Shown here: positions 30,211-44,612 of the stretch, one piece after another
Position numbering within the stretch: the first letter of the stretch is position 1
Layout: every line of letters begins with the position of its first letter
From: Eledone cirrhosa
Taxonomy: Eukaryota
DNA: 64,000 nt
Assembly (NCBI GenBank): GCA_964016885.1
Contig: OZ024750.1
Location: 434,001 to 498,000, forward strand
Direction of reading: 5' to 3'
The notes under the pieces: generated by a model
What the model was told of the DNA's origin: nothing
Seen by the model: only the letters and a program-made list of their open reading frames with translations
Database searches by the model: none
Translations under genes and position numbers: made by a program

Positions 30211-30399
30211 CCGTATATACTCAAATATAAGCCAAGGAATATGTGACCAAAACAAATCAATGGTAAAATGGGAAGTTGGCTTATATACGCCATCTAAACA
30301 ATGTGTTCATTAGCTGCCTCGGCTTATAAATGGGGTTTGGATTTTTGCCCATTTCTCAGACATAAAATAGGGGCTCAGCTTATATTCGAGTATATATGG
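30211..30399. mobile_element. Tc1/mariner (pogo-like) MITE
   Basis: TIRs ccgtatatactcaaatataagc / gcttatattcgagtatatatgg with TA on both sides. Confidence 0.75.
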
Positions 30400-30943
30400 T
30401 AGATATTCAGAAGCTTCTTAACTAGCACTCCAACCATTAAGCCAATGTACACTAAATTAAAAGTATAAAATAAAAGTGGGTTATATTACAAAGATTAATT
30501 GCACAACAGTTTTGCAGTTGAAATATAAGAACTGCTGATCAGTCACGGTTGAGCTCACAAGTTGCTTTTGCTTCCAATCAATTAGTTGCACATACATTAT
30601 AACTATAGCAAACACAATGTAAACCAATTAGAACAGATTACTGTTATAATAAATGATGTGCCATATCAGGTTTCTGTTAACCTTTTTATCTGATTAAAGG
30701 TTAAAATACTTGACATTTCCTGGTTAGATTTCTGTTGATTACATGTTTGTAAGTTACTATATCAATCTCACTTGTTAAACTAAGTAACTTTCACTAAGTT
30801 TTTAAAGCTTATTTAGAACTTCTAAACTCTATTCCAATAGAATTTTTGGAAATGTCACTCAAAAACATCTGAAAACCTTGTTTATTGCTATATAAGTAAT
30901 GATTTAGTTCCCATATTTTCTAAAGTGCTAACTCAGTATCAGC

Positions 30944-31158
30944 TTAACCCTTTAGCATTTAAACCTGCTGTATCTGGCCAGAATTCTCTCACCCTTTTCT
31001 GTTCAAACCGGCTATAACTGGCCACTCATACTGATGTTAAGGTATTGTTCTCAAAAATAAGTAGCATCAAAATCTCATAGATTCGATATTATGTGAGGTA
31101 AAGTCTTTACCTCAAAAATACAATAGTAAATATAGAATAATGTAAATGCTAAACTTAA
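30944..31158. mobile_element. piggyBac-like MITE
   Basis: Starts TTAA-CCCtttagcattta. The copy at about 39359-39555 ends taaatgctaaaGGG-TTAA. Further copies lie at about 57191-57320 and 58085-58290. Confidence 0.65.
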
Positions 31159-33604
31159 ATGATCTTTAGTAATCCATTAGGAACTTGTTTATTTTTTTAC
31201 TATCAATTATTATTCATAATGTATCCCAGTTATATACATGTAATATACAGCAAGTATGTAATTATTTTGATAATTAAAATATATATTTACAGTACAGCAT
31301 CTTTTCATTTACACTCATTTCTCTTCACGTTAGATGTATATTATATATTTCATTCAATTCTACAAATTTTATTAAATCAACTTTTTTTTTCTCTTCATTT
31401 CCAACATTGTTTTCAAGAGAAACATGCAAATGAGGTTCTCCAATAAATACAGAAAGTATATAAGCTAAAGCTTATTCTTGTCTAAGTACCAGGTGAATAA
31501 ACATCACTGATGATGGATAAACAATCCTGAAACATTATCTGGTGGTCTCTCACAGCTACTGATATAGATGTGACATGAGCACAGCTTAAAACAATTATAG
31601 CAAGTATTATATATGTTCATCATACAGAAACATATTGTGTATGCCTTTGTATACACTTAATATGAATCACACTATGTTAGTGCCACTGTTAAATGAAGAA
31701 CTCTTGATCCACTTTTTCTTGACAGCCACACCATGAGTTCTTCGGGTACTAAGCTTGCTATATTTCCCTTCATTAGCAATTTCATTCTCAGTATCAGAAG
31801 CTGCTTTGATCTGAAGGAACTCAAAACAATAAGTATCCCCTTTTGATACCAACCCAACCAAAACTGGTGCTGGTTCTATGAACAAAACCCATCCATTTTA
31901 AATGGTTCCTAGTTAAATTAAAATCTGATATAATTTTATATAAGAATCATATATTATCATTATATTAATGAAATGATTAGTAATTTTGATAAACGCTTCA
32001 AAATACATCATTAGTTAATTAAAATAACATCCATGAGCTTAGCTGGTCTCACTTGGAGATCCTGCCTGATCAATTGGAAATGGTTGCTTCTAACAAGACC
32101 AACTGAAAGGAGTGTTTGAGAACTCACCTCCACGACCCTCTCAGAGAGAAGTTAACTGAAATAGACTATTTCATTAGATAAGGTTAGTGTTAAGGGTTAA
32201 AGGAAAGTCTGAAGAAAATCAAATGTTATTTAAGTTCACATCCCACCAAGGTCAACTTCATGGGGTGATTTAATAATCTAACCCCTGCCCCAAATTTGTG
32301 GCCATCTACCTATGTTAAAAGTTATTAGTTTTCAATTTTATCATCCAAGTACTAATAATTATCTTTCTCTTGAAGTTACTATGGAAACATTTTGACGAGC
32401 AGAATTTTGTTTATTTATTAACACATCCTACATTATAGACTTCTCCTCCTCCCAGTTATTCCTGAGAGGGGCAGGGACCTCAAATGCTCCTTTCAGCAGG
32501 TCCTGACAGAAGCAACCATCTCCAACTGTATTCTAAAGTGTTCTTTATAAATGTCCTGACATTTTCCACTTCAAGTATTTAGGTTGTGACTAACAATTTC
32601 AAGTAGGAGCTACAACTACATATTAAACTTAATCTAAAATTTATTCTCTTCTGTTACATTCTTTTTACCAGAGACATTCATTATAATTGTCCAACCTATG
32701 ACAGCATGGGAAAAAAGACATTAAATGATGATAATGGTGGTTGTGGTGATGATGTTGATGACGATAACGTTGGTGGTGGGGTCGTGATGATGATGACGTT
32801 GGTGGTGGTGGTTTGTATGATGACAATGGTGGTGGTTTTGTGTATGTAACCATAAGCTCCAAGCAATAAATCAAACTACATCCTGCTGAGAAAATATTTC
32901 AAAACATCTGTGGAGTTATTGCCCCTTGACTACCCATTAATTTGTGACTAGAACTGTAAAATCGATTTCTTATAAATATTCACATACAGCAATAGTTTAT
33001 ATATATTCAATATGGTGTCCATATTATAACACACACACTCACTGAAAAGTTCATAGGCTGACCAAGATACTTTCGTGAAATGACCAAATGATGTTTAATT
33101 TTTCTGGAAAGAAACAATGCAGTTATTAATAAAAAAGAGTTGAAATTAATACATGTAAGATTTCACAGCCCAAACATCACTCCTTCACAGTTAGCCTATG
33201 AACTTTTCAGCCAATGAAAAGTTCATAGAGACAATGTTAAGTTCCCGAACAAAGACCAAAATGGTATTTTATCTGATGTGCTACCAATTCTTCCAATTCA
33301 CCAAACTCTTGAAATTTACAGCTGACACCTTTCTAGGTTTAGCTGGCTTTCTGTGAGGGTATATCTCATAGTATGTTTCTTAGATGTTTTAATGATAGGG
33401 CTCCCAATCCTGTCATGAAATGAAGTGTCTTGCTCAAGAACAGAACACATTCCAATCCAGAAATAGAATGGACGAGGTAATCTAATAGTACCAACCCATG
33501 GACCTTCACCTATTTATTATTAAGTATTAAAGATTTTCGTCATACATTTATTTAACCACTTATATTCTACTTTCATGTCTCAATACAATGAAGTTTAGTT
33601 TTAA

Positions 33605-33632
33605 CTAGAACAATATCCGGCATTGCCTGGGA
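33605..33632 (-). mobile_element. Helitron 3' end remnant
   Basis: The minus strand reads cccaggcaatgccgga-tattgtt-CTAG|T, the same hairpin type as 46422 and 50202. Confidence 0.55.
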
Positions 33633-34719
33633 GATAAAACATTTGATGGTCAACAAATTGAATGATAATTCATGGTAATTCTGCAAGCATTAATTATTGT
33701 TAACACATTATTATATATTGTTTGTAACAGAGATAACAGCCAAAAAGCGCCCAGTCCACACTGTAGATGTGGTTGGCGTTAGGAAGGGCATCCAGCAATA
33801 GAAAACTAGCCAGAAATAGTTCTGTGTGAGCAAGACTCGTTCACCTGACACAACTTGCCTCAAACAGGACAACCCGTCTAACCCATGCTAGCGTGGAAAA
33901 ATGAACGTTAAACGGTGATGATGATACACTCACACACATATATATACACATACATACTTACACATGCACATACATATATATACATACATACTTACATACA
34001 CATATATATATATACATACATACTTACACACACATATATATACATACACGCGCGCGCGCACGGACACATAAAAAATTGTTTTTATTACGCATCGAAATTA
34101 CTACTGAATAACCTACATTATATATGTGGGGGCGGGGTGGGACCATATCTCTCTCTTTCTCCCTCCCTTCCTATATATATATATATATGTGTGTGTGTGA
34201 GCCCTTCTTCAGTAGGCTAAGGACATTAAATTACTTTTACGTCCCACCATGAACAACACTTCAAAAAATTTGATGTCCCTCTAAATATAAAAAAACACAC
34301 TTGGTGTTAAAAAGATATAATGTAAAATTTACAAAAAGTTGTCCTCCAAAATATTCAAATTGTTCCCTTATGTATGCCAAATTATCTAGACTATAGACAT
34401 TAGGGTTATGAATTGAGTAACATTTGACTGCTATTTCTAGCACGCTGTGTGTCCGTGTTGAGGCACCTGTACTGAAAGAGGGAGGGTCACACTCACTCAT
34501 TCATATAAATTTAAACACTCGTCTATTTAGTTCGCGCTTCTTATGACTTTGTCGTTTTTCTGCTGAGCAAGTTAACTGAACTCCCGCGGTTAGTCCTGTT
34601 TTCTATTTTTGTAAATTGTAATTTTATTAGTTCGAAGCATCAGTCTGCCTCGACAACTTGCTCGGGGAAAGTCGGAATAAGAAGTTATGTTGTATATTAA
34701 ATGATTCTTGCTTGATATT

Positions 34720-34785
34720 ATGGAGTTAGATAGTTTAACTTCTGTTTCGGTGGGATATTTTGCCGCAGAACATCGCAGAGTCTCA
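34720..34785 (+). CDS. SNX27/SNX17-like FERM-only protein, putative exon 1
   Basis: MELDSLTSVSVGYFAAEHRRVS followed by the donor GTAAGT, phase 0, matching the next exon. In-frame TGA at 34702-34704; CpG-richer upstream region. Confidence 0.6.
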
Positions 34786-34868
34786 GTAAGTCATATTTCT
34801 CACAAATTCTTTTGTTTATTTTCTTACTTCTTCTCTATCTCTCGCTATATTATATAATAGGCACACAC

Positions 34869-34912
<44 letters not shown>

Positions 34913-35179
34913 ACAGCTTTTTAAACGTATGCCTGGTCTAAAAAGTCACATACAATCTGATGCCGGAACCGAGCACCATGTACCTTGGAATGATCAAGCT
35001 TTGTATTGAGCAGACAACCAGTATATATATATAAACAGCTTCATACAAACTTTCAAATCGTTGAATGTTCAATAGTTTTGTAAGCTTTTTTGTTTACTTT
35101 GTCATTATTTCTACGCCCAATAGGTTCCCTCTGACTGTGTGGCATCTCAAACAACGATGACGAACTATTATATATATAT

Positions 35180-35902
35180 ATGTCTGCAATTTTAAGGAAT
35201 TTCTCGAACGGATTTTTGTATAATAATGTTTTAGATAGAAATACAATTTTAATGACAAGTCTGAGTAAATTTGCCAACTATAGAGAAACTGGGACACTGA
35301 CATATTTGAGTTGTGCAACTTTATTACAACATTAAGAAATTGTATTGATAGTTTTACGAGTAACATCAAAAAACAAAACATTCATTTTAGTTGACATGTA
35401 TTGGTACAAAAACGACTAAATATAAATCTTTCTGTGGATTGGCAGTATCGGTAGAGAGTCGGACGCCATGCTTTGACGCATAGAGTTACGGCCCTTGCCA
35501 TTCTGAGTTCAAATCCCGCCGAGGTTAACTTTGCCTTTCATCCATCCTTATGGGGTCGATAAAATAAAGTACCAGTAATTCACTGGGTAATTGCTGGCCT
35601 TGTGCCAAAAGTAGAAACAATTATATATATATATATATGGCGAGAGAGAGAAAGATTTATATTTAGTCGTTTTTGTACCAATACATGTCAACTAAAATGA
35701 ATGTTTTGTTTTTTGTTGTTACTCGTAAAACTATCAACACAATTTCTTAATGTTGTAATAAAGTTGCACAACTCAAATATGTCAGTGTCCCAGTTTCTCT
35801 ATAGTTGGCAAATTTACTCAGACTTGTCATTAAAATTGTATTTCTATCTAAAACATTATTATACAAAAATCCGTTCGAGAAATTCCTTAAAATTGCAGAC
35901 AT
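35180..35902. repeat. 254-bp inverted repeat (35180-35433 / 35649-35902) enclosing a SINE
   Basis: The arms are near-perfect reverse complements (about 2 mismatches seen). The spacer is a SINE (35434-35622) plus TA. Confidence 0.92.
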
Positions 35903-36489
35903 TAACAATGCATTCAGTACATCTGTCCGGAATCCAAACGATCTTTACATTTTCCACCTGTAACGTGGTGGATTGATTGATTTAATCGATTATACGTCCT
36001 CTAACGATTCTTTTGTGTGTGGCGTGTGTTGGTCAGATAAAGTGTTGTTGTCTAGTCCCAAGTCAGCCTGTATCAACAGACGTATGGCAGAAGACTTTTA
36101 CCCTATCTTTATTGTATATGTAGGACTACCTTGACTATTGTGTCGAGTTTTTTTTATTTTTAGATAGGGTGTGGCCTGAGACAATCCCCTCTCTCTCTCT
36201 AATTTGTGTGTGTGTATACATATCAGACACACACATCTTCAACAAAGAGTGAACATCATAATGCCTGCATTATGGTCGTGGTTACAACAGCAACACGAAA
36301 TCTGGTGATAACGGAAGGGAAAATCCTGCTACAGTGTGGCTCATAAAATCCGGACATTTCCAGGTAGTATCAGTGTTGTTTGGCTTGAGAGAACGATACT
36401 GTCAGACACTGTCGAAATCTTTGAGATCTCCTGTCGACAGTTGAAGGAAATATGTTTGGGAGAGAGTTTAGTCAAACTATTCGTGTGAC

Positions 36490-36649
36490 CAGGGCTGTCT
36501 TAACAGCATTATAGCCCCCCCCCCCCCCGGGGGGCAAAGCAGAGCACTGGGGCCCCTACCTACACAACCACTTACAGGAATAAAAATACAAATGGGCTCC
36601 TTATACTCGGGGGGGCCCCCGGGCAACTGCCCAGCGTGCCCATGCCCTG
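36490..36649. mobile_element. Possible hAT-type MITE
   Basis: CAGGGC...GCCCTG termini with GGGCCC subterminal motifs. Confidence 0.45.
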
Positions 36650-38682
36650 CACTTAAATCTTGTTGTACTCACTTTAGTCTGTTATCTTTCATGAGTCAAT
36701 AAAATTGATTTAGTAACATATTGATCCAGTAACATTCAATAATTGATTTAATAACATACATTAAATTGATCTAGTAATTTAAATGATTGATTGAGTAACT
36801 TACATTAATTAACAGTTGTATAAATAACATTACAAATTGTTCATAATTCTTTCAGAATGAAAATATAAACACAATTAACTATTGCTAAAAACCCCAAATA
36901 TATTATTAAAGCGAGAGAAAGAAAAAAAAAGAAACAAATTTAGTAATATACAAATTTTGATAGAATGGTTTTTCAAAATAAACAATTTTGTTTTTTTTTC
37001 AAAAGTTTCAAGATTTCAAGATCAAGAGATCATTAATATGAAATGAAACCAGTGAGGACCTCTCTTGAATGGAAGACATAAGAAACAAGGTAGACATGTT
37101 GAGGTCTGTGAAGAAAGATTTAGCAGGTATGGGTCTGACCTGGAAGTAGACCTGTGACAAGGAGTCAATGGGTCTGACCTGGAAGTAGACCTGTGACAAG
37201 GAGTCACTATACTTCATAAGGAGTAAAAGAAACTGAAGAACAAAAAGACGAAGAATGAAATACAAAATTAACCCTTGACAGAATTTGAACTCATAAAACC
37301 TCAGTTACTCCAAGACATCTGGTTCAACACTTTACCAATCTATCATCTTTATATATTCATACAATATTGATTACATATATTTTACAATATTGATTACATA
37401 TATTTTAGCTGGGGGGATAAACTGAAATGTTCACAAGGGCATTATCTAAGTTCAGAAAATGAAACTGACATTTACAAAGGTGAGCTGAAAAGTTCATAAA
37501 CTGACGATAAATACACCCTGTCCACATTGTAATGTGGTCATATAGGTGTCACCACAGAATGTACTCTGCCCACACTCTAAAGTAGTCATGTAGGTATCAT
37601 GATACAAATCACCCAGTACACACTGTAAATGTGGTTGGCATCCAGCTGTAGAAACCAAGCCAAAATCAGTTCTGTGTGAGTAAAGCATGGTCTGCCAACC
37701 TGTCTACCTCACAACGGGACAGCATGTCTAACCCATGCTAACCTGGAAAAGGGACATTAAATGATGATGGTGATGACAATGAGTAGTCATGAGTCACATA
37801 TGACATATCTCAAGTTGTGTGTATTAAAACTACATTGTAAATTACACCAATTGCATGTGTGTTTTATGTGAATTTACAGAGAGAGAGAGAGGCTTCAGTA
37901 CTCTCAATTAACCTCATCTATCTCATAATTACTACAATTACATAATTAACTTGTTTGAAAATTACAGTAATTATGAATCTGAATGTTATTTTAGAAACTT
38001 GCTTTACTGTTAATTGTGACTCAGCTTTGGTTTATTGTATACACTCAAATATAAGCCGAGGAATATGTGACCATAAATTGATGATAGAAGGTGGGGAGGG
38101 AGGCGGCTTATATTTGAGGCCAATATTTTGATGATTTTCACCAATTCTATGTAAATAAGGTTTGGATTTTTGCCCATTTCTCTGACTTAAAATAGTGGGG
38201 TTGGTTTATATCTGAGTAGATATCTATAAAAAAAAAAAAAAAATTAAGATATATTTAAGAAAAAACAAAAATAAATACATCCTGTTAATAGTTGTCAAAA
38301 ATATCTGTGCTACTATGTTTATATTTATCTAAAAACCTCCCAACATAATGTTAGTTATATAAAGCTGTTTATTTTAAAATGGTTATATTTATCTAAAACC
38401 CTTTCATCATAATTTTATGTAAGAACCTTTGTTAAGCCAATGTTTGGAAGTTGTGTTCCAAACACCTGATGAGAACGTTAGTCATAATACTAAATCCCCA
38501 CAAATTATTGATTATTTTCAAAATGATTTGAAAATCATAGGCAGTTCCTTTCACTAGAAATATAACAAAAGGGTTAATTACTCTCCTGCAGCTAATTAAT
38601 ATACCTGGACTTGTAGTTTCCTGTTAGTCAAGCTGACATTTCACAGCACCTTCATTATAATCATTATTTGCTTCTATTCTAG

Positions 38683-38875
38683 TGCGGTGGATTGGCAGTA
38701 TCGGTAGAGGGTCGGACACTATGCTTTGACGCATAGAGTTACGGCCCTTGCCATTCTGAGTTCAAATCCCGCTGAGGTTGACTTTGCCTTTCATCCTTAC
38801 GGGGTCGATAAAATAAAGTACCAGTAATATACTGGGTAATTTGCTGGCCTTGTGCCTAAAGTAGAAACAATTATT
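38683..38875 (+). mobile_element. tRNA-derived SINE
   Basis: Family consensus. Confidence 0.8.
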
Positions 38876-38931
38876 TGCTTCTATCTAAACTCTGTTGTAT
38901 TTCTGTTTAGTAGGTTTTTTTCTGTATTTGT

Positions 38932-38962
<31 letters not shown>

Positions 38963-39268
38963 ATACTATATATATATGTGTGTGTGTGTGTATACCGTAT
39001 GTATATATGTGTGTGTGTGTGTGTGTATGTATGTATATACCGCATATATAAGCATGCTTATTCAATAAAATAACTATGTATTTAAAGTAATGTAGTTAAT
39101 ACAAAGCATTATGAGATATGTAATAAAAGACCAATAATTTTCAAAGAACCGATACAATGTAGAAAAATACGGCCAACTGATGACAAAACTATTGTTCGTT
39201 TATAATTATGTATTTATTGAAACAGTAAAATTTGCTGTACAGTAATGTTTATTTTGGTTTTCTTTTAG

Positions 39269-39338
39269 GTTGTTCTACGTGTAATTGATAACCAAGTTCT
39301 TGTTGAGGACCTGCATAAGAAAGCATTAAACAAAATTG
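39269..39338 (+). CDS. FERM-only protein exon 2
   Basis: ttttag|VVLRVIDNQVLVEDLHKKALNKI(G)|gtaata. Resembles the F1/Ras-association lobe. Confidence 0.75.
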
Positions 39339-40314
39339 GTAATATATTGTTTTTATATTTAACCCTGGTCGTATCTGGCCAGAATTCTCTCACTTCTTTC
39401 TGTTCAAACCGGCCATAACTGGCCACTCATTCTGACATTAAGGTATTGTTCTCAAAATAAATAATGTCATCATCAAAATCTCATAGACTCCAGGTTATGT
39501 GAGATAAAGCCTTTACCATAAAAATATAATAGTAATATAAATGCTAAAGGGTTAACACAATAACCCCCACCCCCAAATTATTCTATATTCTTTTGTTCCA
39601 GTTATTAGACTGTAGTCATACAAGGACAAATCTCAAAATGGATTTAATAATATTGACCTTTTTCAAACCTGGGTACTTATTTTATAAATCTCGTTTTGCT
39701 GAAATGCTATGTTAAGGGACATTAATAACCAGTAAACATAAGCACGCACATGTCCCTACCACACAATATCAGGTGTAGTGTTGGCGAATTTCAGGAAACA
39801 TGGAAGTTTGAAGGATGCAGTGTCCTGACAGCTGGAGATGGTCCAGATATTTTAAACTACATCTCAATTAAAATAAGACATCTTTTCTTTTCAATGGCAA
39901 CATACTTCCCATTTATCTCTTAATATCCTGTACCACATGAAACCACATTAGCAAAACATTTTTGAAAAGTAGTACAAAACAGCACTATGACTAAAACTTA
40001 AGCCTTTACTTTAATTTACTGCAACTGTTCACGATGATATGTCCACTAGTAAAGATACTATAAACCTTTGAATTAATAAAGCCGTATTTTGTTGTTTTAC
40101 AGAATGTTAAGTTTTTTTGTTGGTTTTTTTCCAAGGGAGATCACTCTTTACTGTATTATGTCGTATCTTTTCTTTCCCTTTATTGTTCTCCTTCAACAAT
40201 ATTATCAGTGGCTCGTTATAATGGTTTCTGATTTAGTCACAAGGCTAACAACAAGAACAACAGCAACAATAATGTTAGAGAAATTCATCTCATGTAAGGT
40301 CTCTTTTATTGCAG

Positions 40315-40416
40315 GTGTGAATCAGAGCTACCACAGTTATTTTGCTGTTGTGAGGGGTGAACTAAAACCAACTCGGAAACTGAAACTTACTGATTACATT
40401 CCATCTACTTGCAAAG
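40315..40416 (+). CDS. FERM-only protein exon 3
   Basis: ttgcag|GVNQSYHSYFAVVRGELKPTRKLKLTDYIPSTCK|gtaatt. Compare SNX17/27 YFxLF...RKL. Confidence 0.8.
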
Positions 40417-41318
40417 GTAATTTAAAGGTGTTAATTAATTTTTTTTTTTTTATGGTACAGAGAACTGGAAACATTCAAAGAATTTGAGAAACTAAATCTT
40501 GATTTCTAATCCAAGGCCAACAACTTTAGAGGAGAGGAGGTAAATCAACTTCAGTACTTGGTTGTTACTTTATTTTATCAACTCCTGGAAAGATGAAAGT
40601 TAAAGTTGACCTCGGTGGGATTTGAACCCAGAATGTAAAGAGCCAGAATATCACAATGGCATTTTATCTGAAGCTCTACCAATTCTACCAATCCACCACC
40701 GTTTAAGAAAATAAATATTAGGAGAGCTGGTTATGTTGTAGTTGACCAAAGAGTCCATAAATTCTAACAGAACAAAAAGAGACATGAACGATGCAACTGG
40801 AGTTGCGATGTAATTGTTTAACAGCTAGAAATAGCAGTCAAATCTTCCCCAAATTACATTCTGCTATTCTACTGTCTTTAAAAAAATAATGACTCATTGT
40901 ATAATGTTGTCCTAGATATACTGTGTGAATAAAAGACAGGTTGGTTATGGTTGGAGTGGCTGTCTTTGCTGACTTGGTTAGAAGCATGCTAGCATAGGTT
41001 AGACAGGTTGTTCCATTAGAGGTAAGTTGGCTCAGGTGACCGTGTTTTGCTCATATAGGACTGTTTCTGGCTAGATTTCTATGGCTGGACCACTCGCATG
41101 CAAATATGTTTATGAATTGAAAAGCTTGTATCTATATATAGATAGATAATAGATAGATAGATGGGCAGAGGTTGTGAGAGCTGACCTCAAATCCCTGAGA
41201 CCTGCAGAGGTGCTGACAAACGATCGCAATGTGTGGAGAAATGCCTTGCTAAGAATGGACCGTCCAACCCATGCAAGCGTCGAAAAGTGATGATAATGAT
41301 GATATATCTCTGTTTCAG

Positions 41319-41429
41319 ATTTATTCCTCTATAAATGGTGTTTTGATTTGGACGTAGAAAACCAACTTCTGGACGATGACGTCACCTGTGATCTTATTTA
41401 TTACCAATCTCTTCATGAGTTAAAAGTTG
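41319..41429 (+). CDS. FERM-only protein exon 4
   Basis: tttcag|DLFLYKWCFDLDVENQLLDDDVTCDLIYYQSLHELKV(G)|gtaagt. Compare SNX27 RKWLF..E..L.....FHQAV.DVKKG. Confidence 0.85.
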
Positions 41430-41553
41430 GTAAGTTACCTCCCTTCATTTTCTTGGCTTTAGTTTTTTGTTTTTATTTTTCGTATGTGTGTCAGTTTGTC
41501 TTTCTGTCTTTCACTGAATGACTTTTATTCTTTATATTTTCACTGTTTTTCAG

Positions 41554-41595
41554 GTCGCCTAATTGCAAGTATTGAAGAAAAGATAGCCCTGGATG
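41554..41595 (+). CDS. FERM-only protein exon 5
   Basis: tttcag|GRLIASIEEKIALD|gtgag, phase 1-1. Confidence 0.75.
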
Positions 41596-41779
41596 GTGAG
41601 TTCATTGAATGTGTTATTGTCTTACCCATATACTTGTATGTTTGGTGAAACAATGTACTGAGTCACTTTGTCTTTTTAGACAGAAAAACCAGGTAACTGG
41701 AAAGTGGGGAGGCTTGTGAAGCATATATCTTCTCAGTTAGGGCTACCCTGCGGCTAAACAGCAACAAAGAACACAATAT

Positions 41780-44310
41780 CAACACCATAGAACACTAACA
41801 CACACACAGTATCAACACCACAGAACACTAACACACAGTAACACACAGTAACACCACAGAACACTAACACACACACAGTATCAACACCACAGAACACTAA
41901 CACACACAGTAACACCACAGAACACTAACACACACAGTAACACCACAGAACACTAACACACACACAGTATCAACACCACAGAACACTCACACATACAGTA
42001 ACACCACAGAACACTAACACACACAGTAACACCACAGAACACTAACACACACACAGTATCAACACCACAGAACACTAACACATACAGTAACACCACAGAA
42101 CACTAACACATACAGTAACACCACAGAACACTAACACATACAGTATCAACACCACAGAACACTAACACACACACAGTATCAACACCACAGAACACTCACA
42201 CATACAGTAACACCACAGAACACTAACACACACAGTAACACCACAGAACACTAACACACACACAGTATCAACACCACAGAACACTAACACATACAGTAAC
42301 ACCACAGAACACTAACACATACAGTAACACCACAGAACACTAACACATACAGTAACACCACAGAACACTAACACATACAGTATCAACACCACAGAACACT
42401 AACACATACAGTATCAACACCACAGAACACTAACACATACAGTATCAACACCACAGTACACTAACACATACAGTATCAACACCACAGAACACTAACACAT
42501 ACAGTAACACCACAGAACACTAACACATACAGTATCAACACCACAGAACACTAACACATACAGTATCAACACCACAGAACACTAACACATACAGTATCAA
42601 CACCACAGAACACTAACACATACAGTATCAACACCACAGAACACTAACACATACAGTATCAACACCACAGAACACTAACACATACAGTATCACCACAGAA
42701 CACTAACACATATAGTATCACCACCACAGAACACTAACACATATAGTATCACCACCACAGAACACTAACACATACAGTATCAACACCACAGAACACTAAC
42801 ACATACAGTATCAACACCACAGAACACTAACACATACAGTATCAACACCACAGAACACTAACACATACAGTATCAACACCACAGAACACTAACACACACA
42901 CAGTATCAACACCACAGAACACTAACACATACAGTAACACCACAGAACACTAACACATACAGTAACACCACAGAACACTAACACATACAGTATAAACACC
43001 ACAGAACACTAACACATACAGTATCAACACCACAGAACACTAACACATACAGTATCAACACCACAGAACACTAACACACACACAGTATCAACACCACAAA
43101 ACACTAACACATACAGTAACACCACAGAACACTAACACATACAGTAACACCACAGAACACACACTAACACATACAGTATCAACACCACAGAACACTAACA
43201 CATACAGTATCAACACCACAGAACACTAACACACACACACTATCAACACCACAGAACACTAACACACACACAGTATCAACACCACAAAACACTAACACAT
43301 ACAGTAACACCACAGAACACTAACACATACAGTAACACCACAGAACACTAACACACATACAGTAACACCACAGAACACTAACACATACAGTAACACCACA
43401 GAACACTAACACATACAGTAACACCACAGAACACTAACACACACAGTAACACCACAGAACACTAACACACACAGTAACACCACAGAACACTAACACACAC
43501 AGTAACACCACAGAACACTAACACACATACAGTATCACCACAGAACACTAACACATACAGTAACACCACAGAACACTAACACATACAGTAACACCACAGA
43601 ACACTAACACATACAGTAACACCACAGAACACTAACACATACAGTATCAACACCACAGAACACTAACACACACATAGTATCAACACCACAGAACACTAAC
43701 ACATACAGTAACACCACAGAACACTAACACATACAGTAACACCACAGAACACTAACACACACAGTAACACCACAGAACACTAACACACACAGTAACACCA
43801 CAACACTAACACACATACAGTATCTCCACAGAACACTAACACATACAGTAACACCACAGAACACTAACACATACAGTAACACCACAGAACACTAACACAT
43901 ACAGTATCAACACCACAGAACACTAACACACACATAGTATCAACACCACAGAACACTAACACATACAGTAACACCACAGAACACTAACACATACAGTAAC
44001 ACCACAGAACACTAACACACATACAGTATCACCACAGAACACTAACACATACAGTAACACCACAGAACACTAACACATACAGTAACACCACAGAACACTA
44101 ACACATACAGTATCAACACCACAGAACACTAACACATACAGTAACACCACAGAACACTAACACACACAGTAACACCACAGAACACTAACACACACAGTAA
44201 CACCACAGAACACTAACACATACAGTAACACCACAGAACACTAACACATACAGTAACACCACAGAACACTAACACACGCAGTAACCCGACAGAACACTAA
44301 CACACACACA
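41780..44310. repeat. About 2.5 kb intronic minisatellite, 28-33 bp unit
   Basis: Unit aacaccacagaacactaacaca(t/c)acagt(atc), roughly 80 or more copies. Confidence 0.95.
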
Positions 44311-44612
44311 CATAGAAATAGGTGTAGTATTCATTGTTTAATTGGCCCCTAACACTGTATTGAGATGTATACCCTTAATGGTAGGAGCAGTATCCATAGT
44401 TTACGTAGCCCCTAACACTATTGAGATGCAGGCTTTTGATCAATAAACCAAACAGAAAGTGGTGGTCAACTGGAGAGGGGGTTCCTCCAACAGGAGTGAG
44501 AACACCCTGGATTGGAATAAATTTATGAAAGAAATGATTACATTTCAACCCCCAATGTATTACAGAAATTAACTTGTGTTTGTTTATTTATTCATTTATC
44601 TATATTTTTCAG

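Noticed and set aside
31667-31908. Possible minus-strand terminal exon (72-aa ORF)
   Set aside because: A stop lies between the nearest acceptor and the ORF, with no recognisable homology and no partner exons.
35434-35530. tRNA genes suggested by A/B-box motifs (many sites)
   Set aside because: All are SINE heads continuing into the SINE body, with no complete cloverleaf.
39177-39245. CTGATGA...GAAACAGTAA/TTGCTGTA hammerhead-like match
   Set aside because: Stem III is good, but there is no stem I pairing and stem II is poor; likely chance.
41780-44310. CRISPR-like appearance of regular repeats (also 18105 and 51397)
   Set aside because: No unique spacers, no cas genes and a eukaryotic context; these are plain minisatellites.
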